IMG/VR virus record: IMGVR_UViG_3300036766_001333
Coordinates: 13,881 to 77,880 of that record
DNA: 64,000 nt
DNA from: a virus
Direction: 5' to 3' (one strand)
The position numbers were made by a program, and so were the translations under genes. The number at the start of each line of letters is the position of its first letter. Position 1 is the first letter of the stretch. The notes beneath the pieces were generated by a model, which saw nothing but the letters and a program-made list of their open reading frames with translations, ran no database searches and had not been told where the DNA came from. Shown piece by piece: positions 10,864-20,688 of this stretch.

Positions 10864-11303
10864 TAGATAAAGCTCAAATTCTTGGATCAATTAAAAAAAC
10901 TACCAAATATAAAGATGGACGAGTAGAAATAGACCAATTTTGGAATATGATATTAAAAACTGGCAAAAATACAATGGCTAATCTTTTGACGAACCAAGAA
11001 GATAATTTATTCATTACCAATATGCTTTTTGGAGATGGAGGAGTAGACCAAGAATTAACGCCTGACCAAACAAGTTTATTTGGAATCACAAGAGTTAATA
11101 AAAAGGTAATAGCTCAAGTGGCAGACGAAACGAGTGCTAGTTTTACAGCAACTATCGGATTTAATGATGCAAATGGTTATACTTTGAATGAAATGGCTTT
11201 AATGTTGAATAATGAACGGTTATACAGCATGGCCCTATTCCCAGGTTTCACTAAAACGGAACAAATAGAAATAATTTGGGAATGGCAGTTGTTAATGCTA
11301 TGA
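10860..11303 (+). CDS. Baseplate/tail-fibre attachment protein
   Basis: NMILKTGK...FGDGG...DANGYTLNEMAL...FPGFTKT pattern typical of genes after gpI-like wedge proteins. Confidence 0.55.
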   Translation: MIDKAQILGSIKKTTKYKDGRVEIDQFWNMILKTGKNTMANLLTNQEDNLFITNMLFGDGGVDQELTPDQTSLFGITRVNKKVIAQVADETSASFTATIGFNDANGYTLNEMALMLNNERLYSMALFPGFTKTEQIEIIWEWQLLML

Positions 11304-11328
11304 ACTCTCACATAATATCGCCGATTAA

Positions 11329-11871
11329 ATGAATAATTCATATAAGCAAAAAAATATTAAGTTCGGATTTGTCGTTCTATCGCCAGAATGTAATATAAAA
11401 CCTTTAATTACAACTATTAATTCTATAAAAACTTATTCTTCTACCAGCAAATCAATTTGTGTGTTTTCTAAAAATTGCTCCCCAAAAATTTTAGAAGATG
11501 CAAAACAATATTGCCCTGCACATATAAGCGAAAACTCCATTACATCTATGATAAATTATGGACTCAATAATGCTCCATGCGAAGAATGGAATTTTATTAT
11601 AATAAGTGGGAGTTGGCTGACGAACCGTTTTACCGATAAGTTTTCTTGTTTTATAGAAAATTCCAAAGATATATTATTTCCTTTGGTTAATAAAAAAATG
11701 AATTTTGTAGACGGAACTATAAATGGGATGCTTATACAAAAAAGTGCTTTTAAAGATATAGGAGAGTTTCCAGAAGAGGGTTCATTGGAAGTTAATAAAT
11801 CATTTTGGGGATCAACAGCAGTAGTAAAAGGATATAAATTCAAAGCAATTTTAGGAATAAAACTAAATTAA
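11329..11871 (+). CDS. GT-A fold glycosyltransferase-like protein (degenerate)
   Basis: FVVLSPE...TTINSI, SMINYGL, GMLIQKSAFKDIGEF pattern; no clear DxD. Confidence 0.45.
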   Translation: MNNSYKQKNIKFGFVVLSPECNIKPLITTINSIKTYSSTSKSICVFSKNCSPKILEDAKQYCPAHISENSITSMINYGLNNAPCEEWNFIIISGSWLTNRFTDKFSCFIENSKDILFPLVNKKMNFVDGTINGMLIQKSAFKDIGEFPEEGSLEVNKSFWGSTAVVKGYKFKAILGIKLN

Positions 11872-12378
11872 ATTATAAGTATACCACCAACGATTATTGC
11901 CTTTATGTTGACCTGAATTTACTTCTCGTAAATAAGAATACAAGCATCCCCAATTATCAAACATAAAATCTACAGGAATAAATCCATAAAACCACACAGG
12001 AATTTTTTCCTTGCCACCATCTGAAACCAGAAGGACAGGTTTTTTGGCATTATTACTTTGAATAATCTCATGAGTAGTACCGAATGTTGAAACCTTATAA
12101 GGGAGATAAGCTACAAGAAAATCAGCACGATCACACATTGATAAATCCTTTCTGACAAAGGATTTAGCTATTTTAGCCAAAACATCATAGTCTTTCTTTT
12201 CCTGTGCGTCTTTTATTGGTTGCCGCCATTGTTGCAGAGGATCACTAAATGGGTCATATAAATTTAATTTAAATTTTTTAGTTAAAACCTCTGTGGGAGC
12301 AGTACGCCAATTGCGATTGGTACTATCGAATTCGATTGGGCCAGATAAATAGCATCGCTTGCCTTCTAAAATAGTCAT
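11863..12378 (-). CDS. Nucleoside 2-deoxyribosyltransferase-like protein
   Basis: CYLSGPIE...WR...YDP...DL..CDRADFLVA...GTTHE motif. Confidence 0.75.
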   Translation of the reverse strand: MTILEGKRCYLSGPIEFDSTNRNWRTAPTEVLTKKFKLNLYDPFSDPLQQWRQPIKDAQEKKDYDVLAKIAKSFVRKDLSMCDRADFLVAYLPYKVSTFGTTHEIIQSNNAKKPVLLVSDGGKEKIPVWFYGFIPVDFMFDNWGCLYSYLREVNSGQHKGNNRWWYTYNLI

Positions 12379-12419
12379 TTTTTAACTCCTATAGATCAAT
12401 ATTAATAAAAGGAGGAATT

Positions 12420-13115
12420 ATGTCAATAGATGTGGTTAAAATAAACAAGATGCTTCAAAAGCTGCCAGAGGCCAGGCACAGTTATTTCCAGATGAAATAT
12501 TTTATCATAGGTAAGGAGCCTACAGTACAAGCTCAATTATGGAAATGTCTAAGAGAACTTAAAGTAAAAAAAGATGCAATGGATTCTATCTACTTAGAAA
12601 TGGAGGACTTAAAGGATCAAATAGAATTATTGACTATTCATATAGAGAGAGAAGAAATTCAATATACATTCACAGATGTAAGCAATACCAAATTAATAGA
12701 CCTTGCAAATCAAGAAAAAGCTATAAAAATTAGACAAAATCAAAGAAAAGAAAGAATTTTAAAATCCGCACTGGCTAAATGTGAGGAAAATTTGAAATAT
12801 CTAGAGCAAGAAACTAGATTTTTCATTCAAACATATGAGGCTTTAGAGAAAATAGAGCCACTCAAAGATTACGATGATGAAATAGCCCAAAAAGAGTATT
12901 GGAATGAAAAACTTTCACAAGAAGTTGGACTCAAAATCTTATTACAACAACCCATAGATATAGAAGTAGCCAAAACAGTGCTTGCCTTGCATGATGATGC
13001 CCCAATTAAATTACGAGTAGTTAAATTGTTGAATGACACTCATGCTAGGCTAGAAAAAAATAATGCAATTAAAAAGGAGGCAAATGTATCGAGCATCGAA
13101 TCTAAAAGGAGTTAA
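12420..13115 (+). CDS. Hypothetical coiled-coil protein
   Basis: 231-aa ORF with AGGAGG SD and heptad-rich middle. Confidence 0.6.
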   Translation: MSIDVVKINKMLQKLPEARHSYFQMKYFIIGKEPTVQAQLWKCLRELKVKKDAMDSIYLEMEDLKDQIELLTIHIEREEIQYTFTDVSNTKLIDLANQEKAIKIRQNQRKERILKSALAKCEENLKYLEQETRFFIQTYEALEKIEPLKDYDDEIAQKEYWNEKLSQEVGLKILLQQPIDIEVAKTVLALHDDAPIKLRVVKLLNDTHARLEKNNAIKKEANVSSIESKRS

Positions 13116-13120
13116 AATCA

Positions 13121-14104
13121 ATGGTTAACAAAGTTTCTTCACACACACCAGGATACAAACACGGTATCCTCTCTGTATTTCCGCATGGTAAAGACAGTAA
13201 ACTAACTTTATACGAAGCCAAAAATAATGCTGAAACCACTTTAAAACAAAGTCTATCCTTAAACAGTAAATATATAATTTTAGAAGACGCCAATAACTTT
13301 CCAGACACAGGATTAATTAAAATAAATTTAGATAATAAAGAGTCTTCAGAGGTAGTATATTATGCAAGGAAAATAGGAAATCAACTTCACTCACTTCACA
13401 GGGCATTCAATGGATTCAAGCAAAGTAACTGGCCTGCTGGCAGTAAAGTTTCATGCCCTGTAATGGCTGACCACCATAATGCTCTAAAAGATGCCATTAT
13501 AAAAATTCAGAAAACCTTAGGATTAGCAATAAATCCAGACTCAGAATCAATAAACAGACATTTAAAGAAGTTAGAAAACAAATGGTTGTCTCCAAAAATT
13601 GCTTTTAAAGCCTATCCAACATCAGGATCAGCACCATTAACTGTTAGATTTCAAAATTTTTCTGGAGGCTATGGCACGAAATTCTTATGGGATTTTGGAG
13701 ACGGACAGACCTCCATAGAGAAAAATCCCACTCACATTTTCGAAAATGAAGGTATTTATAGAATTAAATTAAATCTAATGTCGGCAAACAACGCACATGG
13801 ATTAGCAGAAAAGCCAAATTACATAGAAGTAAATAATTCAATATTTCCATCATATTTCTATGGTTATCCGAAAGAAGGACAAATTGGAACAGAATTCACT
13901 TTTGTAGATCAAACTCAAGGAGATGTGCTTGAAAGACATTGGTTTTTTACAGATGGATGTGACGAAACAGTATCAAATCCAGATATCCATACTATAAATC
14001 ATATTTTTAATAAGACAGGCTTTTATATGCCTCAATTAATGGTCAGAATGAAAAATGGAAAAATAAGAACAATAAATATATTAGAAGGAGTAAATGTATT
14101 ATGA
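13121..14104 (+). CDS. PKD-domain virion protein (paralog 1)
   Basis: GSAPLTVRF...WDFGDG...NPTH PKD motif plus a second degenerate PKD. Confidence 0.8.
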   Translation: MVNKVSSHTPGYKHGILSVFPHGKDSKLTLYEAKNNAETTLKQSLSLNSKYIILEDANNFPDTGLIKINLDNKESSEVVYYARKIGNQLHSLHRAFNGFKQSNWPAGSKVSCPVMADHHNALKDAIIKIQKTLGLAINPDSESINRHLKKLENKWLSPKIAFKAYPTSGSAPLTVRFQNFSGGYGTKFLWDFGDGQTSIEKNPTHIFENEGIYRIKLNLMSANNAHGLAEKPNYIEVNNSIFPSYFYGYPKEGQIGTEFTFVDQTQGDVLERHWFFTDGCDETVSNPDIHTINHIFNKTGFYMPQLMVRMKNGKIRTINILEGVNVL

Positions 14105-16128
14105 TGCCTCAAGGAAGTAATTATCCAAGTCAATTCGATGATGAAAAAAATTTGCTTATAGCACATGATTCTTTACAAGTAACTTTAAAAAGAGATCATT
14201 ACATAGGAGAAAATTTTGTTTTAGTGGATGGAGATACAAATAAATTTCCTGAAAATGGAATTATAACTTTAACAGACCAATGCAGTGATCCAAATGACCG
14301 ATCAGTATCTTTCTATTATGGTAAAAAAAACAAAGAAGGATTCTTTGAATTAGAATTACTTCCAGAAAGTAGAGATGTTTTTAAATCCAAAAAACTCACT
14401 ACTGTTTCTCAGCAAGTAATGGCCGAATACCATGAAATCATTAAAAATTCAATTATAGCTATTGAAGAATTCATGGGGACAAGAAACACTATAGATACAC
14501 AACCTAATGGCTCAACTATATTTGGCAGGATTAATTTCTTAAGAAATCTTCTGTATGCACCTAAAGCATGGTTTGAAGCAGACAAAGTATTAGGACTTGC
14601 TCCATTAACAATCAAATTTAAAAGTGTGAGTAGTGGAAAAGATATTATATGCGACTGGAATTTTGGAGATGGCACTGAAGATCAAACAATAAATCCTGAA
14701 ATTATTAAAATATATACTGAGCCTGGAATATATGACGTTAGTTTAACTGTAAGTAATGCATTTGGATCAGATAATGTAATATTTCAGAAAATGATACAAG
14801 TTAAAGCAGAAGCTCCTGAAGAGGCTTTTATTGAATTTACTCCTAGCGAAAATCAAATATTAGATGCTCAACAAAAATTAAGAACTTCAATAAATGAAAT
14901 TATAAATCTAGAAGTTCCACAAGGCATAAGCCCCAAAAATGCGACAAAAAGATATTCGGGAGAGGCAGTTAATGATGAACAACAACCTTTAAATGCCATT
15001 ACTAAATACACTTGGAACCTGAGTGATGATTTGCCACATGATAATCTTCCAAAAACTGTAGCATCTTATAGTATAGGCGGATTATATGATGCCATATTAA
15101 GAGTAGATACTAAATTTGGGACTTATAGAACTACAATAATGCCCAAGTCTATTGACGTTATTGAATTTATAAATCTATGGCTGTGGACAAAAACTGACAG
15201 TGCCTATTCCGCACATGAATTTGGCCTTATATGTGAAACTTTTAAATCAAATTATAATATACCACTAATTATAAATAGAAATAATGATTCTTTAATTTCT
15301 GACAGGTCAAAAAAAGAGTTTCAATTTAACAATGGTTTTGCTCCTAAAAATAATTCTTCTGGACACAAAGGTAATGTTTTACTTTTTTGGGCTAGCGATG
15401 AGAACAAGATTGAATTTGTTGAATATAACGCTTTTTTAGATACATATAATTTTTCAATAAATCCAATGACTCGACCTTGGAATTGGGTGTCCCTAATATC
15501 CCCAACCACCATATATTTTATATTAGGAACGACAGAAGGATTGCCGCCACCAACGACTTCTCCTACAAATCAAACCAAAACCTGTTTTAGTATAGGAGAT
15601 GGATTTACAAAAAATGAACCGCTTACTTATCTAAACGGGGCACATGAATTAGGTAAAAATGCAGTTACTTATGATAAATATGGTGAACCAACTGAGGGGC
15701 ATTTTAGTATCTATAGAACTGCTTGGAAAGATCAATCTGGCTATCTTTTAAGAAGTAGCGATCAAGGAAACTTAAGTAATTTTTATAAGACAGAAGGAAC
15801 TTTAGGCTATCCTTTTATAAATTTAACAAAATTAGTAGACATGCCACATCTAAATAACAAAGACGGCCAAATGGTATCTTTAAGTGAGGGCATATATTTC
15901 TTTGGCAGTACAGGTACAGTAGCCGCTTTTAAAGATACAACCGGAACTTGGGAAGTCGGACCACAAGCTAACATAAATAATGAATTTATATTGGCTACAT
16001 CAGACGGAGATAAAAGGGCTTATTTAACTACTAAGGATAAATTAATAAAATTTAATGAAGTAGATTTAACATTTACAACAATAGCGTCAATTCCTGGAAC
16101 GGAACAATGGTTAATTGGCGTGTATTAA
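14101..16128 (+). CDS. PKD-domain virion protein (paralog 2) with probable C-terminal beta-propeller-like region
   Basis: GLAPLTIKF...WNFGDG...YTEPGIYDVSLTVSN motif. Confidence 0.8.
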   Translation: MMPQGSNYPSQFDDEKNLLIAHDSLQVTLKRDHYIGENFVLVDGDTNKFPENGIITLTDQCSDPNDRSVSFYYGKKNKEGFFELELLPESRDVFKSKKLTTVSQQVMAEYHEIIKNSIIAIEEFMGTRNTIDTQPNGSTIFGRINFLRNLLYAPKAWFEADKVLGLAPLTIKFKSVSSGKDIICDWNFGDGTEDQTINPEIIKIYTEPGIYDVSLTVSNAFGSDNVIFQKMIQVKAEAPEEAFIEFTPSENQILDAQQKLRTSINEIINLEVPQGISPKNATKRYSGEAVNDEQQPLNAITKYTWNLSDDLPHDNLPKTVASYSIGGLYDAILRVDTKFGTYRTTIMPKSIDVIEFINLWLWTKTDSAYSAHEFGLICETFKSNYNIPLIINRNNDSLISDRSKKEFQFNNGFAPKNNSSGHKGNVLLFWASDENKIEFVEYNAFLDTYNFSINPMTRPWNWVSLISPTTIYFILGTTEGLPPPTTSPTNQTKTCFSIGDGFTKNEPLTYLNGAHELGKNAVTYDKYGEPTEGHFSIYRTAWKDQSGYLLRSSDQGNLSNFYKTEGTLGYPFINLTKLVDMPHLNNKDGQMVSLSEGIYFFGSTGTVAAFKDTTGTWEVGPQANINNEFILATSDGDKRAYLTTKDKLIKFNEVDLTFTTIASIPGTEQWLIGVY

Positions 16129-16156
16129 ATCCAACATTTGTTTTTATATATATTTT

Positions 16157-18376
16157 ATGCCAGCAATCCCAGAATTATTATACCCTGTAGATTTAGATTC
16201 AGACTATACATTATTCAAAGCGTATAATAGTACGCAAGGCATCCTTTCTAAAAACATAGACTTAGAAACAGATGAAATTGAACTAATAACCAAAGATGAT
16301 TATAATTGGCCAGGTAACGGTTTTGTAACCATAGAAGAAGAGTTAATTTATTACGATCAGACTGAAAGAAATGACTTTGGAAAATTAATAAAATTAAAAA
16401 AGTGCTTAAGAGCCATAGAAGGAAAAAGAGCAGCACATTTAGCTGGATGTCCCATATATGGAAATGTAGTGGCGCAACATCACAATCGCCTAGTTGATTC
16501 AATAGTTCAAATAGAACATACAATAGGAGATTTAAGAGAATTATTAAACACGCCAGAGCAAATGTTAATTGCAAATGTAGATATGGGATTTTCGGAATCT
16601 CTCCATGCTGCTTTAGGGAATTTAACATATTGCGCACCTGTTGGAGATGATGCGTGTCCAGATGTAGAATTTGAATTTAATTTTTTGTCTCCAACAGAAG
16701 CAGAATTTTGTTTAAGAATATTTGGAGAATATACATCTTTTAAAATAGATTTTGATGATGGTAATTTTACTACAACTGAATTTGCTGGAACGCATACTTA
16801 TAGCGGAGCAGGAACATATAGTCCCACAGTTACAGTGGAATCACTAAAATGTTGTATTTTACAACAACCAACAACCCCTACAGAGGGATGTGAAGCCCCA
16901 ATATTGCCAACACCTTCAATACCGTTTTCTGTAAAAATACCAGACGTTCCAGAATTCCCATCTTTTATTAGGCCAAGTCAAACATGCCCAGGACAATTAT
17001 TTAATTTGCCGCCTATATTAATTCCGTCGATGACTGCATGTGAGCCAAGTTCTACTTTTTTATGTACTCCTATAGATTGTCCAGAAAACAGTCAAATATG
17101 CAGTTTTATAATAAGTGTTATTGGAGATGTCTTCCCAAGTATAATAAGCATAGAAGGCTGTTGTCCTCCAAGCATTATTTCAATAATTAGTTGCACTTTT
17201 CCTAGTGAAATATCAATAGTTGGCTGTTGTCCTCCTAGCGTTATTAGCATAGAAGGCTGTTGTCCTCCTAGCGTTATTAGCATAGAAGGCTGTTGTCCGC
17301 CTAGCATCATTAGCATAGTTGGTTGTTGTCCGCCTAGCATCATTAGTTTTAATTGTTGTGTCCCAAGTGAAATAACTTTCAATTGTTGTCCTCCCAGCGA
17401 AATATCAATAGTTGGCTGTTGCCCTCCTAGTGTCATCAGTTTTGATTGTTGCAATTTCCCAAGCATAATATCTTTTGCAGATTGTTGTAATTTCCCAAGC
17501 ACTATTAGCCTTATTGCAAAATGTTGTGAATTCCCTAGCGTTATTAGCATGACATGTTGTGATATACCTAGTGAAATCAAACTTGTCGGTCCTAGTGAAA
17601 TCAAACTTGTCGGTCCTAGTGAAATCAAACTTGTCGGTGCCCCTAGTGAAATCACCATTGTTGGGACAATACCTAGTGAAATTACACTTACTGGCACAGC
17701 AGCAATCCCTAGTGAAATTAAAATTATATGTTGCACTATACCTAGCGAAATTAAAGTTACTTGCTGCGAAAATCCTCCAAGTTTTGATTGTATTAAATTC
17801 TGTGACCCTCCAAGTTTTTCGCCTATACAGTTTGGTACACCACCTACAGTTAATGTTAATTGGGGAAGTCCGCCAACATTGTCTTGCATTGTTAGTGTGA
17901 ATTGTCCATCCACATCAAACATGGCTGGTCCTCTTGAAGAGTTTGAAAATGCAATAGGGGGAGGAGAAATTCCTAATATACCTGTAGCTTATGAAATACC
18001 AGAAGTAATAAAACTGGTACATAATCTACCTAGAGAATTAACCCTAAAGGTTCCTGAGAACATAGTTATAAAAACAGACATGCCTACCTCGATAAAATTA
18101 GAGGCAGCAGATTTGCCCAAAAGTATAAAGCTAGAACCGGCACCTAATTTTCCAAGTGTAATAAGGGTAGTGGATATGCCGGATACTTTGTCTGTAACTG
18201 GAATACCTAAATCAATTGAAATTATTGGTTTCCCAAGTTTTATTCAAATGGTTATGCCAGAGAATCCAGTTGTTGAAATGAAATACATGGGAGGTGCAAT
18301 GCCTCTTGATGTAAGAGTTCATCTAACAATAGACAAAATCCTTAGTGATATCATTATTGCCAATCCAGCTAACTAA
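16157..18376 (+). CDS. PKD-domain virion protein (paralog 3) with Cys-rich CCPPS and PSEI repeats
   Basis: IDFDDG...HTYSGAGTYSPTVTV PKD; ATG 16157 follows TATATATA; N-terminal domain shared with paralogs 1 and 2. Confidence 0.75.
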   Translation: MPAIPELLYPVDLDSDYTLFKAYNSTQGILSKNIDLETDEIELITKDDYNWPGNGFVTIEEELIYYDQTERNDFGKLIKLKKCLRAIEGKRAAHLAGCPIYGNVVAQHHNRLVDSIVQIEHTIGDLRELLNTPEQMLIANVDMGFSESLHAALGNLTYCAPVGDDACPDVEFEFNFLSPTEAEFCLRIFGEYTSFKIDFDDGNFTTTEFAGTHTYSGAGTYSPTVTVESLKCCILQQPTTPTEGCEAPILPTPSIPFSVKIPDVPEFPSFIRPSQTCPGQLFNLPPILIPSMTACEPSSTFLCTPIDCPENSQICSFIISVIGDVFPSIISIEGCCPPSIISIISCTFPSEISIVGCCPPSVISIEGCCPPSVISIEGCCPPSIISIVGCCPPSIISFNCCVPSEITFNCCPPSEISIVGCCPPSVISFDCCNFPSIISFADCCNFPSTISLIAKCCEFPSVISMTCCDIPSEIKLVGPSEIKLVGPSEIKLVGAPSEITIVGTIPSEITLTGTAAIPSEIKIICCTIPSEIKVTCCENPPSFDCIKFCDPPSFSPIQFGTPPTVNVNWGSPPTLSCIVSVNCPSTSNMAGPLEEFENAIGGGEIPNIPVAYEIPEVIKLVHNLPRELTLKVPENIVIKTDMPTSIKLEAADLPKSIKLEPAPNFPSVIRVVDMPDTLSVTGIPKSIEIIGFPSFIQMVMPENPVVEMKYMGGAMPLDVRVHLTIDKILSDIIIANPAN
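17130..17770 (+). repeat. Coding tandem repeats: 30-33-nt CCPPS(I/V)IS units and 24-nt PSEIKLVG units
   Basis: Exact 33-mer at 17222-17254 and 17255-17287; exact 24-mer cctagtgaaatcaaacttgtcggt three times at 17567-17638. Confidence 0.95.
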
Positions 18377-18413
18377 GTTAAAATGTGGCACAAAATATAA
18401 AAGGAATCAATAA

Positions 18414-19247
18414 ATGTTAGGAGCTATTAAAAAACATAGAAATAAAAACGATTATTGTCTCGTAGATGGCGGATTGTGGATCAGAAATTTTACTAAGAGT
18501 TCGGTAAAAGAAATTGACATTAACAATTTAATAACATCTAATGATATGGAACTGATGCTTAATAATGAAATACAAAATCATCAGAAGATATTGCAAAAAA
18601 TAGAAACAGAGTCTTTCAATCACCCAAATATTATTATAATAAGTAGCGGGTTCAAATTCGAAGAAGAACAGCATCTTCTTGAATCACTTAAAGACAACAC
18701 CATTGTTATAGGGGTTAATGAAACTTTAGATAAATGGAATGTTCCAGTTAAGATGTTTTATTATGTGATTAATAATCCATATGAAGAATGTTTAAATTTT
18801 ATTCCTAAAAATCAAAAGGTTTGGCCAAGATACATATGTTCTTCAAGGACTAATCCAAAATTTATAGAAAAAACTAAAGGACTTATTTACACATATGCTC
18901 CAGTATGTGATGAAAATTATAGTGGATTAAAGTCAGAAGCAGATTATTATATAGATGATTATAGAAATCCTATTGCTGCCGCTATCTGTTTGGCCTATAA
19001 GTTTAACGTAGAAAAGTTAATGTTACTTTTTTCAGATGAAATTTACGAAGAACAACGTCCGGCAACTGTTGAAATTTCAAAAGGAATATGGACATATCCT
19101 CAGCAAAAAATAGCACATTCAATTATAGATGGTAATTTACATTGGTTAAAAACTAAAGAAATAAAAATAAGTTATTATCCAAAATGCATAGAATATAAAA
19201 ATGCAGAATATATAGACAAAGAAGGGTTGAAAGACTTTTTTAAATAG
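18414..19247 (+). CDS. Maf/MptE-like (glycosyltransferase-related Rossmann) protein
   Basis: IIIISSG...IVIGVN...YYVINNP...AAICLAYKFNVEKLMLL pattern. Confidence 0.5.
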   Translation: MLGAIKKHRNKNDYCLVDGGLWIRNFTKSSVKEIDINNLITSNDMELMLNNEIQNHQKILQKIETESFNHPNIIIISSGFKFEEEQHLLESLKDNTIVIGVNETLDKWNVPVKMFYYVINNPYEECLNFIPKNQKVWPRYICSSRTNPKFIEKTKGLIYTYAPVCDENYSGLKSEADYYIDDYRNPIAAAICLAYKFNVEKLMLLFSDEIYEEQRPATVEISKGIWTYPQQKIAHSIIDGNLHWLKTKEIKISYYPKCIEYKNAEYIDKEGLKDFFK

Positions 19248-19260
19248 TCTTTAGATTAAA

Positions 19261-19566
19261 ATGAATACAGAACCATCTTTTTCATTAAATAATTTCAAAA
19301 AATGGATGTCAACACAAAAAGAAATATTTTTAAAACGTGAAACTATCACCAACAGTTCCAATTTAGTTGGATTACATGTAGAATCTAGACTCAGTGCCAA
19401 AAAACTACAAGACAGAATATTTAGTGAAGAAGGAAATATCCATGCTATGGCTAAGAATTTTAAAAAAAATGGAGGATTAGTAACTAACATTGATGAAGAT
19501 CACAATTTATTCATAAAAGTAGACGGTGGCACTTTCCGTATTCATAAAATATTCGTTAAAATTTAA
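19261..19566 (+). CDS. Hypothetical protein with FKKWM leader motif
   Basis: 101-aa ORF. Confidence 0.55.
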   Translation: MNTEPSFSLNNFKKWMSTQKEIFLKRETITNSSNLVGLHVESRLSAKKLQDRIFSEEGNIHAMAKNFKKNGGLVTNIDEDHNLFIKVDGGTFRIHKIFVKI

Positions 19567-19711
19567 TTTTAGACTTACTCACATAAAGTATATCAAGCAA
19601 GACATTGATAAAGTCAATCGTTTTCTTATCAATGGGTTGAAATTGATCTAAAAATTGAGCTATTGCCTCAATTCCAAGTTTAGTTTTTTCTGAATCGGAT
19701 AATTCAATCAT
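19556..19711 (-). CDS. Small hypothetical protein (51 aa), missed by ORF track
   Basis: MIELSDSEKTKLGIEAIAQFLDQFQPIDKK...; AAAGGA SD upstream; fills the gap between two plus-strand genes. Confidence 0.5.
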   Translation of the reverse strand: MIELSDSEKTKLGIEAIAQFLDQFQPIDKKTIDFINVLLDILYVSKSKIKF

Positions 19712-20033
19712 GGCTATTCCTTTCCCAAGATATAAAAAAATAAAAGATAGATATTGTATTGGATACTATGGTTATGACAAATCCATAGTATCCAAATTAA
19801 TCAAAGCAAGACCTATAATAGAAAATCAACTTCCAGGAATTATTATTTATTTATCATTTCAAAATGAAATGTATGATTCATTAAGCGAAGAAAAAAATAT
19901 AATTTATGTAACAGATTTATCTAAACATAGCGGCGAGCTAGCTTGCTTTAGAGAAATTCATGATAATATTGTCAATCCTGTAGAAAAGTTACTAGAAGAA
20001 TCAAATATTACATTTACTTTTGAAAATTTATAA
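19710..20033 (+). CDS. Hypothetical protein (possibly GT-B N-terminal-like)
   Basis: 107-aa ORF. Confidence 0.5.
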   Translation: MAIPFPRYKKIKDRYCIGYYGYDKSIVSKLIKARPIIENQLPGIIIYLSFQNEMYDSLSEEKNIIYVTDLSKHSGELACFREIHDNIVNPVEKLLEESNITFTFENL

Positions 20034-20087
20034 GAATCTGCATAGATATAAATGACAGGGACGAGTATTCACAAGGAGTGTTTAAAA

Positions 20088-20672
20088 ATGAGCGTATTTA
20101 GAGTTAAATTACAAATGTTACCAAATCAAGGTCAAATGGATATTAATCCAACTACAGGATTGCCATTTACCACAAGTATTCAACGTACTATGTACGTAGC
20201 TGGCCCAAGGCGTATTTATCGTAAGTTATTTGATGGTGAAACTTTCACTGATTGCAATTACTGGAAGCGATTTGCACAACCTCAGGCTTCCGCAGACACC
20301 GCTTTTATTGAAGTAGTAACAGACGATGGAAGTGTTTATTCTGATATAGAAGAAGAAAATACTTTCCCAAGAAGCTACTCAGTATCCGTACTTTCCAGTG
20401 ATACCTTTGACACTAACTTCATTGATATCCTTGGCGATCTTGGTGGTGCTGCTAACTTCGTTCAGATCACGAATACAGGCACGTCTTCACCTAGCCAAGA
20501 CGTAACAATAGAACTCAACGGTTCCTCTGATGCAACATTCGTATTAAAGGCAGGCGATACTCAGGTATTCAATGCTGGCGATCTTGCAGTCACAGCCCTT
20601 GCTTTTGATGGAGGATCATCTACCGCAGTAGTTAACATCCTCTTGGGCGTACACGTTCAATGTGCTAGCTAA
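20088..20672 (+). CDS. Probable abundant virion structural protein
   Basis: AAGGAG SD, upstream CATAGATA late-promoter-like motif, own terminator, beta-rich Thr/Ser/Asp sequence. Confidence 0.55.
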   Translation: MSVFRVKLQMLPNQGQMDINPTTGLPFTTSIQRTMYVAGPRRIYRKLFDGETFTDCNYWKRFAQPQASADTAFIEVVTDDGSVYSDIEEENTFPRSYSVSVLSSDTFDTNFIDILGDLGGAANFVQITNTGTSSPSQDVTIELNGSSDATFVLKAGDTQVFNAGDLAVTALAFDGGSSTAVVNILLGVHVQCAS

Positions 20673-20688
20673 ATTTAACGACTTTCAG

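Noticed and set aside
571-11303. Bacterial contractile injection system or tailocin
   Set aside because: The same contig carries terminase, portal, protease, capsid and primase genes, so it is a phage.
17222-17638. Short direct repeats as a CRISPR array
   Set aside because: They are tandem, in-frame and have no unique spacers. The same applies to the 30700-30900 repeats.
17092-17922. 276-aa antisense ORF (LGGQQP repeats) and 113-aa alternate-frame ORF at 17559
   Set aside because: Both are shadows of the stop-poor coding repeat in the 16157 gene.
13121-18376. Diversity-generating retroelement acting on the fibre genes
   Set aside because: No reverse transcriptase and no adenine-specific TR/VR pair was seen in the window.
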